NCBI GenBank assembly: GCA_043228905.1 | Contig: JBHGNT010000018.1 | Coordinates: 5,456,001-5,520,000 of the forward strand | Length of the DNA: 64,000 bases | Origin: Azolla caroliniana | Taxonomy: Eukaryota > Plantae > Polypodiophyta | Direction: 5' to 3' | Shown here: piece by piece, positions 55,709 through 64,000 of the stretch | How the letters are laid out: the number at the start of each line of letters is the position of its first letter | Position numbering within the stretch: position 1 is the first letter of the stretch | The notes under the pieces: model-generated | Databases searched by the model: none | Told to the model about the DNA's origin: nothing | The model's input: the letters and a program-made list of their open reading frames with translations, nothing else | Position numbers and translations under genes: made by a program

Positions 55709-56394
55709 TATATGTAATGATGTGAATAAGTATGGAGGCCATTGGGTGACTATTGGTGCGTAACCGCTTTGTGTGTTTAGGGCCTGCTTGCCCTTGTGGT
55801 TTAGCCCAATGCACACTCTACAACCTCATGTGTTGCATCCATTCAACCACACTTGCTCTTGGGTTTGGTTCATTCATGTTCTATGTGTTCCGAAACTTAA
55901 TAGCACTTAAACACTTATGTAAAACAGAAAATATGTTGTGCAAGATTTAAAAGAAACCAAGAAAGATACACAACAAATCAATACACAATACACCACCAAG
56001 TTTTAACGTGGAAAACCCTCAAAGAGGTAAAAACCACGGGACCTAGTCTAGAACTAATTCACTATCAATATAAATCTGATACACCAAAGTTCTACTCTAA
56101 ACAAGTTAGAGTACTATGAGCAATCGAGGAATATGATGTTTCCTAAAAAATAAAAACTCAACAAAAAGGAAAGCAAAAACCACTAAAACTCACAACACGT
56201 GGCTGATGACTGAGGCCGCGATGTCCGGATGTTTGAGTGTGTTGGTGTACTTGAGAAAGATTGAAGGAATTAGCTAAGAAAGAGAGTATGGGCTCTCTTG
56301 AATCTATTTTTCTCTGTTGCTACAGAGAAATGCTCATTTTCCCCTTTTTAACACACTAAAAAAGAATGAGTTACATAGTGTAGATATGTAACGT

Positions 56395-57133
56395 TGTCGT
56401 GCCTTTCGGCGCTGGATCGTTGCGTGAGTCGGGTGGGAACCACTGAGGTTTTGGACTAGGAAGAGGAAGAATTTGAAACGATTCTAATTATGAATAGATT
56501 ATTAGAAACTTGTGAATCCCACAAGTATAATGTATTTTATTGATTAATATTTATGTAAGAATATGTATTTAGATTGATAGAGAAAGATATAGAAATCTCG
56601 TGAATCCCACGAGTATAGTTTATTAATTGGTGTTTTAGGAAATATATCCAATTTCCCAAATATTTCACACACACACCCCCATTACATTGTGCTCCCCATC
56701 CTTATGTAGTGATGAGGGAGTCTTAGCAATCCATGCTTTTTCTTCTCTAACTATAGACTCCATGCTTTTCCTATAGATAGACTATATGCTTTATCTAAAG
56801 TGATCATGCTTTTTCTAACTTGTGTTTTATTTATTGACTATAGCGTTCATGCACGCTAGATGTGCATGCGTAGCTTTTTCTTTTAGCATGTGTTTTTCTT
56901 TTAACTAAAGTTTATCCTAGGTGAACTTAGCTTTCTATATGGGACATCTACTTTTTAACACTAATGAAATGTTAGTGTAATGGTAAGGTTTCACATTATT
57001 AACATGGAGGTGCAAGGTTTGAAGCTTGCCCTATGCATTTATTATTTATTTTGACATTTTCTTCTATTTCTTCATATTTACTAAAACGTTACTTTATAAG
57101 TTTTTCATGTAGTGTATGAAATACACTACGACA
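56395..57133 (-). mobile_element. Solo LTR 2 (739 bp), 4-bp TSD ACGT
   Basis: TGTCGTGCC...CTACGACA, inverted homologue of 44609-45556. Confidence 0.9.
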
Positions 57134-57758
57134 ACGTCTTCTTGTATGAACCCCTTTCACACTATTTAAAAAAAATACAAGTTTTGGGCGTCCAAGGCCC
57201 ATTTTATTTACTTATTAATGTGGACATAAAAACCTAACAATCTCCCCTTCTGGCCACATAGGAGAAGATTTCATTGAATCACTTAGTTTTTGTTCATTCC
57301 AGCCAGCTTGACACATAGCTCAAGCTTTTCTTTATAGACTACATTCGTCAACATGTCAGCAACATTTTCATCTGTGTAAATTTTCTTCAGTTGTAGAAGT
57401 TGATCTTCAATTGCCGAGCGCAACCAATGATACCTTACATCAATATGTTTCGTACGAGAATGGTATATCGAGTTCTTGCTTAGATCCATTGCACTTTGGC
57501 TGTCACAAAATATCACATAAGTTAGTTGACTTAAAACCAAATCTGAAACAAACCTTTTCAACCATGGCATCTCTTTGGCAGCTTCCGTGGCTGCAATATA
57601 TTCCACTTCTGTTGTAGACAAAGCAACACATTTTTGCAACTTAGATTGCCATGATACAGCTCGTCCTGCAAATGTAAATAAGTAAGCCGAAGTAGATTTT
57701 CTCCCATCGAGATCCCCTGCCATTATCTGAATCTGAGAAACCTTCAAGAATTTGTTTA

Positions 57759-58368
57759 TGTTGGGAATCGACGCTTCGATTGACCTTCACCACTCGGCCA
57801 CAACCGAGTAATCGCGAATCAATGCAGCAGAAAATAGGAACCACAGAGAGAAACACACGTATACACAGGGATTAACGTGGAAAACCCTAGATGGGAAAAA
57901 CCACGGGAGTACGAGACTCCAAACCAACACTATACAAAGAGAAGTACACAATGGCGAGCTGCAAGGCGACGACCTTGAGCTCGCTGTCCTCGCCACAGGC
58001 GGCGGAAATACACAGAGGCGTCGTCCTCTTCCTCTCCCACGCTCTATCTCTCTAACTCTCTCACGGCTGCTCACTCTTCACTCCTCTTGAGTGGAAAAAC
58101 AGAAAAATGATCAACAACAGTAAAACTGTTTGCCCTAAGTCATATTTATACATATATGACTTTGGGGCTATTTACAACTATAGCCTCAGGGGCCCATAGC
58201 AAACATATTCACGGAAATGTCCCTGCATCCGGATCGCTCTCCGGGTACATTCGTCATCCGGCTCAGAAGTCGGGGTCTTCATCATCCGGTTCCGAAACCG
58301 AAACCGGGCTTGTCGGCATTCATCTCCGACATCCGACCATCCCATCCGAAGGGACCGTAATCCCAACA
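57759..58368 (-). repeat. Copia E 3' LTR
   Basis: Repeat of 62483-63092. Confidence 0.95.
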
Positions 58369-58378
58369 AACTCCCCCT

Positions 58379-61300
58379 TCACTTCGGCATGGGATGTCTC
58401 TCCAATCCGATCCTCATCCGGCATGCTTCCAGCTTGTCGGGTGTGAGCACCTTGGTCAGCATATCCGACCCGTTCTCGTCCGTGTGGACCTTCGTCAGCA
58501 CGAACTCCTTGTCTTCTATCCTTTCCCGGATCCAGTGATATCTTCGCTGGATGTGCTTCGTCCGGGAGTGATAGGCCGCGTTCTTCGCAAGGTGGATTGC
58601 ACTCTAACTGTCGCAGTAGAGTCGGTACTCCTCTTGCCGGATACCGAGCTCTCTAATGAAGTCCTTCATCCATATTATTTCATTGCTGGCTTCAACAGCT
58701 GCCATGTACTCCGCCTCCGTGGTTGACAACGCAACCGTCTTCTGCAGCCTCGACTGCCACGAAACGGCTCCCCCTGCATACGTCATCACATACCCTGATG
58801 TGGACCGGCTGGTATCTGCATCAGCCGACATATCCGAATCGGTGAAGCCGTCGAGTTCGGGCTTACCGGAGCCGAATCGGAGGCACACGTTTGCCGTGCC
58901 CTTCAGGTATCGGAGTATCCACTTGGCCGCGTTCCAATGCTCTTTGCCGGGATTGCTCATGTACCGGCTCACCACTCCGACTGCATATCCGATGTCCGGT
59001 CTCGTACACACCATGGCGTACATCAAGCTCCCGACGGCTGAGGCATACGACACTTTCATCATATCCTCCTTTTCAGCCTTTGTCTTGGGACTTTGCTTGC
59101 TGGACAGCTTGCAGTTTGCCGGGAGGGTCGATCCGACCGGTCTTGCTTCCGACATGTTGAACCGTTTAAGCACCTTTGTCACGTACTTCTCCTGTGACAG
59201 CCACAACTGCTTCTTGCTCCGGTCCCGGATGATGTGCATCCCTAGTATTTGTCTCGCCGGACCCAAGTCCTTCATTGAGAAGGTTCGGTGAAGAGCCTTC
59301 TTCAGCATCCGTATCTTGACCTGGTCCCGTCCGACGATCAACATGTCGTCCACGTACAGGAGGAGTATTAGAAAGTCTCCTCCTTCGAACTTCTTCACAA
59401 ACACGCAGTGGTCGGACTGCGTTTTGAGGTACCCTTCGTCGGTCATGAAGGAGTCGAACTTCCGGTACCATTGCCGGGGAGCCTGCTTCAGTCCGTAAAG
59501 GCTCTTCTTCAACCGGCATACCAAGTGCTCCTTCCCTTTCTTCTCGAATCCTTCCGGTTGCTGCATGTAGATCTCTTCTTCAAGGTCACCGTGAAGGAAT
59601 GCCGTCTTCACGTCCATCTGTTCTACCTCGAGGTCCATGCTTGCCGCTATGCTCAGCACCGTCCGGATGGAGGTCATCTTCACTACCGGGGCAAATATCT
59701 CGTCGAAGTCGACGCCCTTCTTCTGCTGAAACCCCTTCACCACGATCCTGGCTTTGTATCTCGGGGGGTTTTCGGCATCTCCCGGTTTCAGCTTGAACAC
59801 CCACTTGTTTCGAAGTGCCCGCTTTCCTTTCGGCAACTCCACAAGTTCATATGTGTGGTTCTCATGCAGGGAATCCATCTCGTCCTGCATGGCACTCAAC
59901 CACCTGCGGCTCTGGGTGTCGTGCTTTGCTTCTTCAAAGCTCTCCGGCTCCCCCTCGTCGGTTAGCAACACGTGCTCTGGATCCGGAAATCTCCGGGGGG
60001 CCCTTCTCTCTCTTAGAGGATATCTCCGTTCCGGAGCTTCGGTTACCGGTTCTTCTGATTCTTCTTCATCCGAATCCATTTCGGGATCGGGACCGGTTCC
60101 GGTATCATTTTCATCTTCTTCGGCCGGTTCTGTTTCTTCACCGTCTTCGGCCGGATCCTCGAGTGCTAACCGGTCCCTTGCCGGTCGGGACTGCTCCTCG
60201 TAGAGTTGATCCTCACCGGTCGACTTGGAGCTCTTCATCTTCTTCTCCGACTCCCAGTCGGCGAGTGTCTTGTCCTCCATGAAGATGATATCACGACTCC
60301 GGAATATCCTTTTGTCGACCGGGTCCCATACTCGGTAGCCGAACTCGTCATCGCCGTAACCGAGGAATATGCATGGCCGGGTCTTTGGATCTAGCTTTCC
60401 TCTCCGGTCCTTTGCCACATGCACGTATGCGAGACACCCAAACACCTTCAGATGCCGGTAGGACACTTCCTTACCGGTCCACACTTTCTGCGGCGTGTCT
60501 CCGTCCAAAGGTACTGAGGGTGATCTGTTTATCACGTATGTCGCCGTCGACATTGCCTCAGCCCAAAACCCCTTGGGTAATTTCGCATGCGCCAGCATAC
60601 TCCGGACCCTCTCCATTATGGTCCGGTTTATCCTCTCGGCCAGCCCGTTCAGTTCCGGCGTCTTCGGCACAGTAAACTCGAGTCGGATTCCCTTCGAGCG
60701 ACAGTACTCCTGGAACTGCCCCCGGTATTCCCCTCCGTTATCCGCTCGTATCGCTTTCAGCTTCTTGCCGGATTCTCTTTCCACTCTCGCGTGGAGTTCT
60801 TTGAAGACACACAACACTTGGTCCTTTGTCTTCAACGGTGCCGTCCACAGCTTCCGGCTGTGATCATCAATGAATGTTACGAAGTACTGGGCTCCGCCAT
60901 GTGACTTCGTTTCTACCTGACACACATCAGTGTGCACCAACTCCAATGGTGCGCCACGTCTCGTCGGTGGCCTTGAGTGGAAAGAGGTTCGGTTCTGCTT
61001 ACCGGCCAGGCAATCGGTGCACTTCTCCAGGTGCACATGCTTCACTGGAATAAGGTTGTCTTCTGCAAGCCTCTTCATCCCCTTCTCACTCATGTGGCAC
61101 AGTCTCTTGTGCCACAGCTCACCGGCGGTGTCGGCTGCCACGTTCAACTCTTCCGGACACAACCGGGCATTCATCAGGTAAAGTGTGTTGATCTTCCGGG
61201 CCCGAGCCACTATCAGGCTCCCTTTGCTGAACTTCATTACGCCGTTCCGGATGCTACCTGTGTAGCCTTCATCGTCTAGCCTCCCGGCCGAAATCAGGTT

Positions 61301-62452
61301 CAATCGAACCTCCGGAACGTGTCGGACATCCTTCAGCAGCATTTTGCATCCGGTCGGGGTTGTCAACCACACGTCTCCTATGCCGGCAATTCGGCACGTA
61401 CCTTCATTTCCCATCCGAACACAGCCATGCTCACCGGCTGTGTAGGATGAGAAGTATCTTCTTTCCGGGGTCAGGTGGAACGACGCTCCGGAATCGACCA
61501 CCCAGGTCGTCTCATCGCCGGCAATGTTTAGTTCACCTTCTTCGGTGATGAGCATGATTTCTTCCTCACTTGCCGCGAGTGCTGTTGTTCCTTTCCGGTC
61601 CTGCCCTCGCCGATCCGAACCTTTCCGGTCCGTGGCTCCCCGGTATGCACCGTTTCTCTCCGGTGACTTCTTCGAATCGGTGTCGTCGGCTCCGTTGTCT
61701 TTTTGGTAATGCCGACAATTCTTTCGGAAATGCACCGGCTTCCCACAGTGGAAGCATGTGGGCCTTCCTCTTGACTGCGACCGGGTCCCCGACTTCTCCC
61801 GTCTTTGCGGACTCCGGTTCCAGTGTCTTCCCCGATCCGATTCGGTAAGCAGCGCCTTCGAGTCGAAGGCCGGTTCTTTATCTCTCCAACGCGCTTCTTC
61901 GTTCAAAATACTTGTCTTTACCGTTTGTAAGGACAAGTTATCTTCGGTGCAGGAGGTGCTGAGAGTCACCACCAAGTTCTCCCAGCTTTCCGGCAATGTA
62001 CACATCAGGATGATGGCTTGCATTGCATCCTCCAACGGGAACTTGATCGCCGCAAGCTGATTCACGAATCCCATGAACGTGCTTACGTGTTCCACCATAC
62101 TCTCGCCGTCCCGGTACTTGAGATTCACTATCTTCCTCATCAGGGAGGTCCGGTTCAACGCATTCTTCCTCTCGTAGAGGCCCGACAGCTTCCGCCACAT
62201 CTCATATGCGTTGGTGTCGTTCGCCACATGTTGTAGAACGCTCACGTCGACGTATTGCCGAATGGTTGCAACGGCTTTCCGGTTCAGAAGCCTCCATTCC
62301 GACTCAAGTACCCCTTTCGGTATTTCCGACCTGTCAATCGGTTCGTACAGGTCCCGAACAATCAGAAGATCCTCCATCTTGATCTTCCAGTCGGCGTAAT
62401 TCTGCGCAGTCAGCACCATCATCCCCGGCTGCCCGCTGCCGCCGCCTTCCAT
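58379..62452 (-). pseudogene. Copia E gag-pol, one nonsense codon in RNase H
   Basis: Near-identical to Copia A; CAG>TAG at 58604-58606; natural stop at 58379. Confidence 0.93.
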
Positions 62453-62482
62453 TTTCTGCAGCAACCCGCTCTGATACCAGTT

Positions 62483-63092
62483 TGTTGGGAATCGACGCTT
62501 CGATTGACCTTCACCACTCGGCCACAACCGAGTAATCGCGAATCAATGCAGCAGAAAATAGGAACCACAGAGAGAAACACACGTATACACAGGGATTAAC
62601 GTGGAAAACCCTAGATGGGAAAAACCACGGGAGTACGAGACTCCAAACCAACACTATACAAAGAGAAGTACACAATGGCGAGCTGCAAGGCGACGACCTT
62701 GAGCTCGCTGTCCTCGCCACAGGCGGCGGAAATACACAGAGGCGTCGTCCTCTTCCTCTCCCACGCTCTATCTCTCTAACTCTCTCACGGCTGCTCACTC
62801 TTCACTCCTCTTGAGTGGAAAAACAGAAAAATGATCAACAACAGTAAAACTGTTTGCCCTAAGTCATATTTATACATATATGACTTTGGGGCTATTTACA
62901 ACTATAGCCTCAGGGGCCCATAGCAAACATATTCACGAAAATGTCCCTGCATCCGGATCGCTCTCCGGGTACATTCGTCATCCGGCTCAGAAGTCGGGGT
63001 CTTCATCATCCGGTTCCGAAACCGAAACCGGGCTTGTCGGCATTCATCTCCGACATCCGACCATCCCATCCGAAGGGACCGTAATCCCAACA
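62483..63092 (-). repeat. Copia E 5' LTR
   Basis: Repeat of 57759-58368. Confidence 0.95.
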
Positions 63093-64000
63093 GTTTAGAA
63101 TCTCCAAAACATAAACATAATTTTGATGTACCTCTTAAATATCGAAAGATCCATTTTACAGCATCCCAATGAGGCTTACCCAGATTGGAGAGATATCTAC
63201 TTACAACACTAACGGCATGGGAAATATCTGGCCTTGTGCTAACCATAGCACACATCAACGAACCAATCGCTGAAGAGTAAGGAATTGAAGACATCTATCT
63301 CTTATTTCTCTTGCTCGGTATGTGGACAATCTTTTCTACATTTAAAATGGCTAGCAAAGGGGGTACTTACTGGTTTTGCATTATGCATATTAAACCTTTC
63401 TAATACTCGTTCTATGTATTTTTCTTGAGAAAGCCACAACTTTCCACATTCCCTATTGCGAGTAATTTTCATGCCAAAAATATGCTTAGCATGACCTAGA
63501 TATTTCATGTCAAAGGCCTTAGATGGATCCACCTTTAACTTGTGGATATTTTCTACATCTTGTCCTACAATTAGCATATCATCGACATACAATAAAAGAA
63601 TTATAAAATTACCTTAAGAAAAATGCTTAACATACACACAATGATCTCCATTAGTCTTGGTGTAGTCTTGACTTGCCATAAATGAATTGAACCTTCTATA
63701 CCATTGTCACGGTGCTTGTTTTAGGCCGTAAAGACTTTTCCTCAGCTTGCATACCATATGCTCCTTTCCTTTCTCTTCGAAACCCTCCGGTTGTTCCATG
63801 CAGATCTCTTCCTTCAAGTCTCCATGCAAGGAAGCTGTCTTTACATCGAGCTGCTCAATCTTGAGATTTAAAGTTGTTGCCAAACCTAAAACAACTCGAA
63901 TAGAACTCATTTTCACAATTGGTGAGAAAATTTCATCAAAATCAATACCTTTCATTTGGCTGAAACCTTTTACGACTAAACGAGCCTTATGTTTTACAAG

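Larger units (their letters stand above)
57759..63092 (-). mobile_element. Copia E: young member of the A/C family
   Basis: 610-bp LTRs 57759-58368 and 62483-63092 (one visible mismatch), TSD GTTTA, PBS-Met 62468-62479, PPT next to 58368. Confidence 0.96.
55918..64000 (-). mobile_element. Copia F: old degenerate Tork-like Copia (RT, RNase H, 3' LTR ~55918-57239), interrupted by solo LTR 2 and Copia E; continues beyond window
   Basis: RT 63098-64000 (KARLVVKGF, YVDDML), RNase H 57283-57753, PPT at 57240, LTR motif acgtggaaaaccc..aaccacggg at ~56006; LTR left boundary uncertain. Confidence 0.82.

Overview
Eukaryotic (land-plant, probably seed-free) nuclear DNA dominated by nested transposons around one intact host gene, an intronless non-RD G-type lectin S-domain receptor kinase (34125-36692). 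The left nest is an old Copia relic containing a tRNA-Trp-primed non-chromo Ty3/Gypsy (4849-29344). That Gypsy holds intact Copia A and Copia B, and Copia B holds Copia C. The right nest is a 14-kb Pack-MULE (41717-55708, 9-bp TSD) whose two ~200-bp arms each look like a self-contained MITE and which carries captured host-gene fragments, including an LRR-III receptor kinase piece. That piece is split by a chromovirus, which in turn holds a solo LTR and an intact TG..TA Copia D. Further right, an old Copia holds a second solo LTR and Copia E. Highlights: three independent insertions with TGTCG..CGACA-type ends all have 4-bp ACGN (CpG-centred) TSDs; their LTRs carry a tRNA-like Pol III cassette and in one case a Copia-like U3 module; there is a predicted -1 frameshift after protease; and there is a relic of a mitochondrial-plasmid-type DNA polymerase B. 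All boundaries and TSDs were read by eye; family assignments are from recalled motifs, not database searches.
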